DNA from: Chara braunii
Taxonomy: Eukaryota; Plantae; Charophyceae
Length of the DNA stretch: 64,000 nucleotides
Assembly (NCBI GenBank): GCA_003427395.1
Contig: BFEA01000001.1
Location: forward strand, 2,595,803 to 2,659,802
Direction: 5' to 3'
The translations under genes were made by a program, and so were the position numbers. The notes under the pieces are model-generated. The model made no database searches. It saw nothing but the letters and a program-made list of their open reading frames with translations, and was not told the origin of the DNA. Each line of letters starts with the position of its first letter. Positions within the stretch are counted from its first letter, which is position 1. Below are positions 51,154-60,792 of the stretch, in pieces.

Positions 51154-53017
51154 CATCGTCACCGTGTGACGATGCCTACCTCCTCCATTCTCCTCTGTTC
51201 TCTCCTTGATTTAATCCCTTCTTTTCCTTTTTCTCCATATTTATCCAGTAATATTATTATAATCATCGTCATTGTTATCATATTGCTATTGAAGGTAATG
51301 AGAAAGATCAGATTTGAGAATTATGGGGCACTGGAGTGGAGAGAGACATCGTCACCGTGTGATGGTGCCTACCTCCTCCATCCTTCCCCATTCTCCCGTG
51401 ATCTAATCCCCTCACTTCCCTTTGTTTTCACAAACTATCCAAAATGGTATGATATCTTTGAATGAAAAATCTACTCTATGGAGAAGGATCAAACAGACGG
51501 AGACAACAGGGCGATTGCGGGAGCTCTGCCGGAACTAGGAGGAACTCTGGAGGCAGGGAACCATGAGGTATGCGTCACCTATTCCGTTCGCATATACCCA
51601 TACAAGTTACAACCTTCTACTGGATTGCCCGTATGGGTGTGTGATATATTGTTTGTGTCTTCTTCAGGACTAAAAGTGTATCGAAATGAAAAAAGGTATA
51701 CGATTGAAGCAAGAATCCTGTCTGATGAAAGGAAGGAACCTAGGAGAACCGAGAAGGAACCTAGTTTGCTTGGGTTTGGGAAACAAAGTTGTGTGATGGA
51801 GGTTCCCGTGGGGTCGTCACACTGTTTGCATGGGCTGACTAAGATGGATGACGGGGTACTTGCCGTGCAAAATTACCCTGCCATTCATCTGACTAAAGTG
51901 ACAATTGATGAAATGTCTGTTTGATTTCAGCATTAGTGACGAGAAGCTGCCGTGCAGTTTTCTTGTTACCTTACAGGCTAGATCTAGAAAGTAATTCGGT
52001 ACTCCCGTGGGGTACATGTCTTCAAACGACTAACAAAAGCAAAGGTAGTGGGAGGCTCCCGTGGGGTTCTCCTATCACAGATCTGACCAAACTTGGAAAG
52101 GAACTAGGTACTCACCGTGCGAGTACACGAACCCCTAAGTCTGGGTCGATCTGCCCGACTTCCCGTGGGAGTCAACATACCTTTTGCTCATTTACGATGC
52201 ATAGGCAAATAGATGAACGGTCAGGGCAACTTAACTAAGAGTTGTTTTGACTGATTTCCTACGCATCAAACTGATAGTAGGGTAACTCCCGGGAGGGTTA
52301 CCCTAATACTTGTTTGATCTGGGGATCGACTAAAAGGAGCAAGGAAATGAGGTGATTGTGTTTGGGCAGTAGACGAATACTCCCGGGTGAGTAACCCTAC
52401 TACTTGTTTGAGTATAATTGATGGATGGCATGATTGATTACTAACGGCCTATCTATTTAACATTGAAGCAGGAAACAGGAGACTTCCGTGGGGTCATCCT
52501 TTTGCTTGTTTGACTCTATCTTAACAGGTATAATAAGATACTCCAGCAAAGGGAGGATCTGGTGTTTGCCTGAGTCCACTAACATAATCCTAGCTCGTCT
52601 GACTCTGAGAAAGCAGTAGGGTGACTCCCGTAGGGTCATCTTATTACACTTTTGAGGATAGACTGAGCTCTGGTTAAAGAGTAATAGAAGGTTTCCGTGA
52701 AGATCACCTATTACTAACTAGAATTATGTATTGACACCTGAATCTGAAGTGTTTTTCTTAATGTTGGGTCAAGTGTGGAGATGGTTCGACCATGACCTCC
52801 TAACTATCTGCTTAACTAATAAAAGGATGCTCTCATATGAGTTATCCGGTCGCCTGCATAAGACTGTTTGAGACAATTGATTGGATAAAGACTGCATGGA
52901 CTTTGAAGAGTGGTTGAGTGTTCCCGTGGGGCTACTAAACTACTCCTTTGACTAACAATTTTTGCCTGGAATTGATCAAGTAGTGGAAGATTCCCGGGTG
53001 AGTCGACCCACTGCTTG
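51154..53017 (+). ncRNA. Array of 16 stem-loops with a conserved CCG(T/G)(G/A) apical loop (putative cis-acting RNA)
   Basis: Loop motifs at 51162, 51355, 51806, 51863, 51950, 52005, 52059, 52115, 52163, 52289, 52383, 52486, 52628, 52695, 52924 and 52994. Each is centred in an inverted repeat with a different stem sequence and many G-T pairs on the + strand. Confidence 0.75.
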
Positions 53018-56000
53018 TGTATGTCAGGACAAGAAGAACAGAAAGGAAAAGTGGACTGCTTCAGCGCGAGCGACTCTAAAAGTCATAGAAAAAACAGAAT
53101 AAGAGGCAAATACCGCGGAGACAAAGAATTAGAAAAGAAGAAGCTCCGCGTAGCCTCAGTACATTAATAAACTCCTAAGGGAGAAAACGTCAAATGGCAT
53201 GAATTGATCTTAGCTAGACTGCCGCGTAAGCACCAAACGGAGTGCTTATCCGCAGGAAAAAGAAATACAGAGACTGAGAGTAGGGGAAATGTGAGTTTCC
53301 CTAAGATAACTTAGGACATAGGCAAGAGACTCCTTGAACAAAAGGAGAAGGGGTGACAGACGACTGAGGGTAGGTAGAAACTAGGGGTTATACTTTGGGA
53401 TGTTAATCCCAAAGCTCACAGACCAGATCTAAGGGCTTGACCCTTAGATATCAATATGTCGAAAATCGAGTGGGGGTGTTGAATCTTTGTTGACCTGTGT
53501 GTGTGCAGGTCCCTGTTTTGATCTACAGCAATTGAAGGAGAAGTCATATAAAGAGGACTCAATTTTTTTGTTACCTCTCGATAACAGGTCGGTCGTTGTC
53601 GATTCAACTTTTCCCCTTTGACTTGATACCCACGTCTAAAATCAAACCCTGTAGTCAGTAAAACTGTCACCTGTGGTCATTGCCTAAATGGTCCTGGTCA
53701 CTCTCAAGGGTCCTTTGAAGAAATGTGAGGGGGTTGGGCTTACGTCTCAGGAAAGATAGAGTTGTCATACATGGTTTGGGGAGTGAGGGACAATGTCAAT
53801 GGTTGATGGTTGATGTCGTCAGTGCATGGCATGTGAACTGTTTTTGCATCATTTTGTGCAGGTCTGTCTTGTGCATGATTTGGATTGAACTGGGATTGAC
53901 ATCGTGAAGAGTCTTGGACACACATCACTTGTGAAAGTGAGAAGGGTTCCCAACGGTAATACCTCTGTATTCATTTTTAGTCTTATATAACTTTTATACC
54001 ATATGATGTTCAGTCATATGTTAAGTAGAATAAAATGCCCTTGGTAGTGACAAGGTTTGTTTGATACTTTGATCATAGTGGTCAGAAGGAGATGTTTTGG
54101 GAGCAGAAGCGAAAATGGACGACCATCTCAAAGTTTGACCTGAATATCTAACGGCCATGAAGGATGAGAGGAGCTTTCTGCTTGGCACCGCCAGTCTTCT
54201 GCTGTTCAAAGAAGATAAGGGCATTGCGCGCAATCTGCAAAGGTAAAACATGGCCGGTATAACGGTGTGCTGATCACCACCCGCATGCTGAACAGAGAAA
54301 GGAGACATGTGAAGAGGATATGTTCTCACGAGAGTGCATGACGCGCGTGAAGTAAGGAGAGACGGTTCGCATGAGAAAGTTTACGCGCGAGTTAGCTGCT
54401 GACGTCAGCATTTTGTCGCAACATGAATCTTGATTCAACTTCAACATGACACCCGTCAGCTCCTTGCTTCTTGAAATTCGAGAAGTTGAGAGGGAACGTG
54501 CAGGCTGCTTATCATTATGAGTGGGGCCATGCTAAGTTTTTGTTATGGAGGATGATAGTGATGAGTATTGTTTGTTTGGTTAGTGAGCCCAGCGGTCAGG
54601 GCCTAACATCTGATAGACTTAAGATGTGAGTTCAAGCTTTACAAGCGAAGACCAGTCATCCTCGACAGGAGTAGTGGTTGCGAGACCGATAGGACTAAGC
54701 TGACAGCTAAGTATACTTGGGTACCGAAAGATCATGCCGCTTAAGGGAGTGGTTGATAGCGACCAAAATTAAAAGAACCTTAATAAGACTCTAGATATTG
54801 CGTTCCCACGTAATCCTGACAAGGCCGCTTGGTAGGGTGAGTGGGTAGTGTCTTGGAAGGGTCAAGTAGCTTTGCACAGCAAGAGGGGTAGTTTTACTGT
54901 TNGCTCTGAGCTCTTCTGAAGTTTTCGCTCTTAATAAAGGTATTTTCTTCCTTTTCTTGATCGGTCATTCGACGCTGCCGAAGGACTCTTGTGCTANTCT
55001 CACAGACACTCGGACTGAATTGAGCGTGATGGTCTAGTTTTGACTAATGAACAAGAGAAAACTGGTGCTGAGAAAAGTCGCTTACCTGCTGGCTAAATAT
55101 TTNCTTGACGGGGATTAGTGATCTGCACTTTAATTTTAGCTGGCTCAAGTGTATAATGGGTAACGGGTAAGCCATCGGGAANCAGAGTGCATTTGTGGGT
55201 TGAGAAAAGTACACACAGTTCATGTTATGCGGTACTCAGAGGAACGCTCAACTAGGTTCTGGTATGCCAGCTCACCTGTGAGTTGGATTGCGGAATCTAA
55301 TTACTCANAAGATAAAATCCCATGAGATGCTATGATGTGTTGTGACATTTTAGGNAGAGCCGGGTCTTAATTGTTAAATTTTCTTGTCTTTTAAGGGGGC
55401 NAGAGCAGNGGGNTCAATGTCTTGAGGAGTGAGCTTGGTGAGTAANTATGNNTTTTTGTTGTGTTTCCCTGAGCCATGGTACTCGAGGACAGACTGAGTG
55501 GGGCCTACAATTTCCTTGAAATCCTTTTGAGTGAGTTATCAGGGATGGTTTCGTAACTAGTTCGGCACTAGGCGAGACTCAGACCTGAGCTTCACTTGTA
55601 TCAATAACAAAAGTATTGTGTGATACATGAGTGGAGATCGTAGTTGCACTATTCGGGTGATGAGGGCTTTTGTTGACGTTGCCCCGCGCTCTGTGCATAA
55701 TGAACCGTGTGGTGTAGAGTCTGTCGCAAGAGTGTCCATCTTTAACAAAAGCCAGACCAGGAGGTGAGCATGCTCTGATTGAATTCGTAATCAACCTTTG
55801 GGGGTGAGATTTGTCTTTGTAGTCGAGCGTGAGGGACAGGGTGGTCCTCCGTCAATAGCACCCCAAGTTTTGTTATCTGAAGGGTCAGGACCATCCGTGA
55901 TGGGTCTCTATCCCGAAGTTGAGGAGTTAAATTGAGAACTGTTCGCAGGGGAAACTCTTGTAGCCTTGCGTCTATTTCAGGAAAACTTTGACTCATGCGA

Positions 56001-56116
56001 AACAGACTCAGGCAATCTGCAAATGGACCCAGACAACCCAGTGTGGGCTCCGGTAATTCAGTATAAGTACAGACAAACCCTGTGTGTAACTCTGTGATAC
56101 CGATCGTGAAGAAGTC

Positions 56117-56362
56117 ATGAAGAAGGACGAAATTCTAATGGTGAAAGGTAGATCGGATAGGGATAAGAGAGAAGGCTGGGAGGAAGAGGCGAGTAGGGAT
56201 ATGGAAGGACATAGACTAACTAAAAGAGAGTTTGCGGTTGAAACAGTAGGAGAGAGAAGGTACATCGAATTTGTGATCTACTTTGACGGGCCCGATGGTA
56301 AACTGCATAGTACTGGTTTTTCGCTAGAGAGCGTGGAGCAGGCCAAGGCAAAACTTGCGTGA
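56117..56362 (+). CDS. Small unknown protein (81 aa), paralog of 57865-58116
   Basis: Ungapped alignment from the start Met gives 18/81 identities to the 83 aa ORF. Confidence 0.6.
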   Translation: MKKDEILMVKGRSDRDKREGWEEEASRDMEGHRLTKREFAVETVGERRYIEFVIYFDGPDGKLHSTGFSLESVEQAKAKLA

Positions 56363-56634
56363 GCCCAACAGAGTTGAGATCATTGTTTCCATAATTTTTA
56401 CTAGTGTCCAAATAGTGGCAGTCTGCAGCCTCCTCCGTGGCATGAGGATGCTGGTGTCAACAATCCAAATACTCGGTACATATTTAGACAGTCAGAGCTG
56501 GGACTAGGCTAGGATCAGCGTTCAGACATCGGGGTTGACACAGTAACCAGAGTGGTAACCGGAAACGGCTGTCAGAGAACAGGTTTTCTAGGCAGCAATT
56601 GGGGACCGTGTCTAGAACAAGTATTCGAAAGGCA

Positions 56635-56745
56635 TCCGGAACCATACTCAGAACCGTATCCGGAACCATACTCAGAACCGTATCCGGAACCATACTCAGA
56701 ATCATATCCGGAACCATACTCCGAACCATACTCGGATTCTTACTC
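56635..56745. repeat. 12/24 bp tandem repeat
   Basis: CCGGAACCATACTCAGAACCGTAT about 4 times. A decayed 12 bp period recurs at ~57380-57500. Confidence 0.85.
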
Positions 56746-57864
56746 AGCCACTATTCGGTCCTTTACTTGATTGATGTTTCGCAACCAGTCAGTGGTCAGA
56801 GAAGGCACTTCTGAATGAAAATTTTTGCGGCAATAGTCAGTCGTTAACCAAGTGGTGGTCAGACAGTGACAGGACCAGCAACCAGAACGGCAAGCAGATT
56901 AGGGGTCAAAGCCTCATCCAAAAACTACAACTAAAAGAAAAAAAAGAGGGAGAAAGGGGGCGAGGGTAGCCCTCAAGGCAGTATTTTGAAGAAATAGCAT
57001 TCAAAGCCGACTCCTAGAACGTTTCTAGTGCAGCGCCCGGGACTGTACTCGAAACCGTGTTCAGATTGGGACAGTTCTTAACAAATAGTTCAATCACTAT
57101 TTTAATCCATAGTTGTTTAACAGACGGTCAACTTGACCTGACAGCGGACGTTCATTGGCAGACTACGGTTATCTCGACCTCTAGCAACTTGCCCTTTATC
57201 AGCAAACATCAACAACACTCAGTCTACACCGTCAACAGTCAAACGACAGCGTTCAGTTTTCAGTCAGCGACTAATCAACATCTAACCAGCCAAAAGAGAA
57301 GGTGTTTAGATCAGGACTCATATTATTTTGAACGGTATTCAGGTCCGGATTTGGGCTCTGTACTTTGGACTTAACTGTGCTCGGAACTGTACTTGGGCAG
57401 TACTCGTAACTGTACTCGGAGCTGTACTCAGAGCGGTTCTTAGGAAAGTACTTGGAGCCACATTTAGAGCGGTACTTAGGATGGTGCTCTGAACGGTATT
57501 TAACTGTGGATTCGGTTACCTCTCAATTTGCATTTAATCAGCAAACAGCCAACTCAAACGGCAACGAGTGTTCTTTATCAAGCAATAAGTTTTCAGAGCA
57601 GCAATCAGCCAGTAATTGGAAACAACCCTCCAGAGCAGTAATTGCAGTAGTAGCAGTCAACTGGTAATCAAACGGTGAGCGAATGACAACAGAGAACTGT
57701 ATCTAGAACAACAACCACTGCCAACCAGGAACAGCAGCAGGAAACGACAATCTGAAACAACCATTCAAAACAGCAATCTGCCCAATAATCTTTTCACACT
57801 TGTATCATCCAAGAGTCACTCGTATCGAGTTGGTGATCTGATGTAACGAGAATTCAGTGAGAAT

Positions 57865-58116
57865 ATGGACAACAATAGCACAGTCAGAGTCTCCTGCTTG
57901 CTGTATCAGAGTGCTCAAGAGACCTGGAGGGAGAAAGCAGTTGAGGAGTACAATCAGCAGACCGCTATGATGATGGAACGCGCGCTGGTTCTCGTGAGGG
58001 ATCATACAGAAATCGAATACACATACTACCTGCATGATAAGATTGGCAGACTATGTGTCACCATAACTTCAGTGGGCACTATTGAGGAAGCAAGGAGGAT
58101 CGTGGGCAACCACTAG
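57865..58116 (+). CDS. Small unknown protein (83 aa), paralog of 56117-56362
   Basis: Shares ExWxExA, ExAxxxV, IE[FY]xxY and G[KR]LxxTxxS[LV]x[ST][VI]ExA with the 81 aa ORF. Confidence 0.6.
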   Translation: MDNNSTVRVSCLLYQSAQETWREKAVEEYNQQTAMMMERALVLVRDHTEIEYTYYLHDKIGRLCVTITSVGTIEEARRIVGNH

Positions 58117-58315
58117 TGAGTGTTTTGTCTCTGAACGAGTACAGCTCACTTATCCGGACAACCAACAATCATCTAATCAGCAGTCAATTAGCAGCAATCA
58201 GTTATTATTAGTGATCAGTTTCTAGCAATCAGTCTTCAGCAATCATTTTCCTGCAGTCGGTTTGGTAATCTGTTCCCCGGGACCGTCTGATCAGCTTGTA
58301 CTGGCAAGAGTACTC

Positions 58316-58978
58316 ATGAGCACAGTTCAGTCTATGCCGGTAAGTGAGTCAGTGCTGGCCAACCTCAATTGGATCTCATGCAAAGAGGCATTTCATTATC
58401 AGTATGTTAGTGTCATTGGTTTCAGACAGGGAGATCTGTCAAACTTCGTTGTCCAGACCAGTTTTGCTGATGGCACTATCCACGATTTGAGGCCTTATCT
58501 GAAGAAGGGCAAGGAGGCTCATGAACTTTTCGATCCGGTCTGGATCTCAGCCACCAATTGTCTTGAGCAGAGAGAGGGGGAGCTCGATGAGAGTGGTACT
58601 ACATTGATCCGCAGCTTCGGGCCGGCGCTTTATACTGACTATCCTAGGCCTCCGGTCCCTTCTCTTATCACTGATGGCACGAGTTGGTTGGATGTGATCG
58701 GTTTGGCAAAGAGGTACATCTCTCCGACGGTGATCGACATTGAGGCGTTGACTGTGCCCACTAGGTATCCCTACCTTAGACGAGGGGTCTTTTCAGTAGA
58801 CGGGTTGCCTACATTGTGGGAGGAGTTTTGCTCTATGGTTAATTACCATGTTATGTGCCTCGGATGGTCGTGTTCAGAGTTTGCTGGCTACAAGTGGCAT
58901 TTTATCACGAAGCCCCAGTCTCAGACTGTACGTGGGCACCAGAAAAGATCAGTGAAAAGAGAGATTGTGAGAGGCTGA
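58316..58978 (+). CDS. Orphan 220 aa protein
   Basis: Uninterrupted, compositionally complex ORF from ATG 58316, with AATAAA at ~59252 downstream. No recognised domain. Confidence 0.45.
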   Translation: MSTVQSMPVSESVLANLNWISCKEAFHYQYVSVIGFRQGDLSNFVVQTSFADGTIHDLRPYLKKGKEAHELFDPVWISATNCLEQREGELDESGTTLIRSFGPALYTDYPRPPVPSLITDGTSWLDVIGLAKRYISPTVIDIEALTVPTRYPYLRRGVFSVDGLPTLWEEFCSMVNYHVMCLGWSCSEFAGYKWHFITKPQSQTVRGHQKRSVKREIVRG

Positions 58979-59464
58979 CCAGAGGGATGAGTGAGGACTC
59001 TTGAGAGGTGCTGACCATGCCCGTTTACATGTACTTTCTGAGATTATTATGAGTTCTCATTCTTCCCTCATTCAATTGCCCCTATCTTTGCTCAAGTCAG
59101 TCAGTCTTATTTTCTGCATTATTCTTGCTTGATGATTGCCTTCGTGGATGCTTTGTCACAGTTCTCAAAATCAGATTGACAATTGATGCATGCATAGCAC
59201 CCCATAACTTTATGATCATTATTTGCATAACTCTCTACTGTTCCGAATCAAAATAAAAGATTCCTAAGACCGGGGACCGGCGAAGACCGCAATTGAAGGG
59301 TCTCGCTCAAAGCCGAACGCACACAACAGGAAGGGACTTGCATTATTTAATTCATTTTATTTATTGCAATCACATACAAAATCCTGCGTGACAGCCTGTT
59401 GGCTTTCCGATCGCCCGAAGTGGCCCGACTGGAAAAAGTGCGACAACGCGCGTATGTGTGCGCG

Positions 59465-59531
<67 letters not shown>

Positions 59532-59546
59532 NNNNNNNNNNNNNNN

Positions 59547-59661
<115 letters not shown>

Positions 59662-59749
59662 AAGAGCAAGTAAGTTTCCACTGTCGCGGTCAACCTCATG
59701 GTACTTCCACTGACAAACAAAGCCTCGCGCATCAACGCGCGATAGTGTG

Positions 59750-60157
59750 AGGGAGCGGGGGAGGCAGCAGGAGCGGAAGAGGCAGTGGGAGTGGGAGTGG
59801 GAGTGGGAGTGGGAGAGGCAGCGGGAGCGGGGGAGGCAGCGGGAGTGGGGGAGGTAGCGGGAGCGGGAGAGGCAGCAGGATCGGGGGCGGGAGGCAATGG
59901 GAGCATGAGCAGGGGAGGCAGCGGGGGTGGGAGAGGCAGCAGGAGCGGAAGAGGCAGTGGGAGTGGGAGCGGGAGAGGCAACGGGAGTGGGGGAGGCGGC
60001 GGGAGTGGGGGAGGCAGCGGGAGCGGGAGAGGCAGTAGGATCGGGAGTGGGAGAGGCAGCGGGAGAGGCAGCAGGGGAGGCAGCAGGATCGGGAATGAGA
60101 GAGGCAGCGGGAACGTGAGCAGGGGAGGCAGTGGGGGTGGCAGCGGGAGCGGGCAGC
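59750..60157. repeat. G-rich degenerate 6/18 bp minisatellite
   Basis: GAGCGGGAGAGGCAGCGG-like units between microsatellites. Confidence 0.85.
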
Positions 60158-60329
60158 GTATGTGTGTATGTGTGCATATGTGTGGTCGTGTATGTGTGTG
60201 TGTGTGTGTGCGTATGTGTGTATACGTATGTGTGTGTGCGCTCGCGTGTTTGTGTGTAAATGTGTTTGTTTGTGTGTGAGTGTGTGTGTGCCTGCACACA
60301 CATTTTTTTTCCCGAATACATTCCTCAAG

Positions 60330-60792
60330 AATCAACAAAAGAGTTTGGAATCGATCGTGCCAAAAATGCGAACGTGAAGGCAAAGCGAAAGTCAGTTCCA
60401 AGAAAAAATCTCTGCAAGATATTCGTATTTTGCATAAATCTACCAACCTTCAGATTTCAAAGACTGTCTTTTATCGGGCCGTTGAAGAAATTACCAAGGA
60501 CAGGAAGAACGACGCCCGAGTGCATCTCCTTCCTCTCCAAGCTCTTCAAGCTCTTCAAGAGATTTCAGAGCAATGGATAAGTCAATTATTCCGAGACACG
60601 GTTTTGGTAGCATCTTGTACCAGACGTGTGTCAGTCCTTCCTAAGGATCTCCACACCGTCATTATGATACGGAACGATGAATTCAGTGAGGGGTGGAAGG
60701 AGAAAGTTAGGGATTGCATACCACCAGCACCTTTGACAAGTTATGAGAAGACTTGGGTACAGCGGATGAAACCAAGGCGGACAAAGAAATGA
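60330..60792 (+). CDS. Highly divergent histone H3-like protein (histone fold plus C-terminal extension); start unresolved, possibly a pseudogene
   Basis: SLQDIRILHKSTNLQISKTVFYRAVEEI...ALQEISEQWISQLFRDT...RVSVLPKDL...IR aligns with H3 [28 protein letters not shown]...ALQEAAEAYLVGLFEDT...RVTIMPKDI...IR. No in-frame ATG upstream of the fold. Confidence 0.8.

Noticed and set aside
51478-51924. 148 aa ORF overlapping the hairpin array
   Set aside because: No recognisable domain. It crosses a donor-like site at 51568 and runs into structure-constrained sequence, so only the first ~30 codons could be an exon.
51154-53017. CRISPR array or true iron-responsive elements
   Set aside because: There is no constant direct repeat, no cas genes, and the context is eukaryotic. 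The loops differ from CAGUGN and the IRE bulged C five pairs below the loop is not consistent.
53000-55900. Group II intron
   Set aside because: No recognisable domain V (AGC/CGC triad hairpin) or GUGYG/AY boundaries were found.
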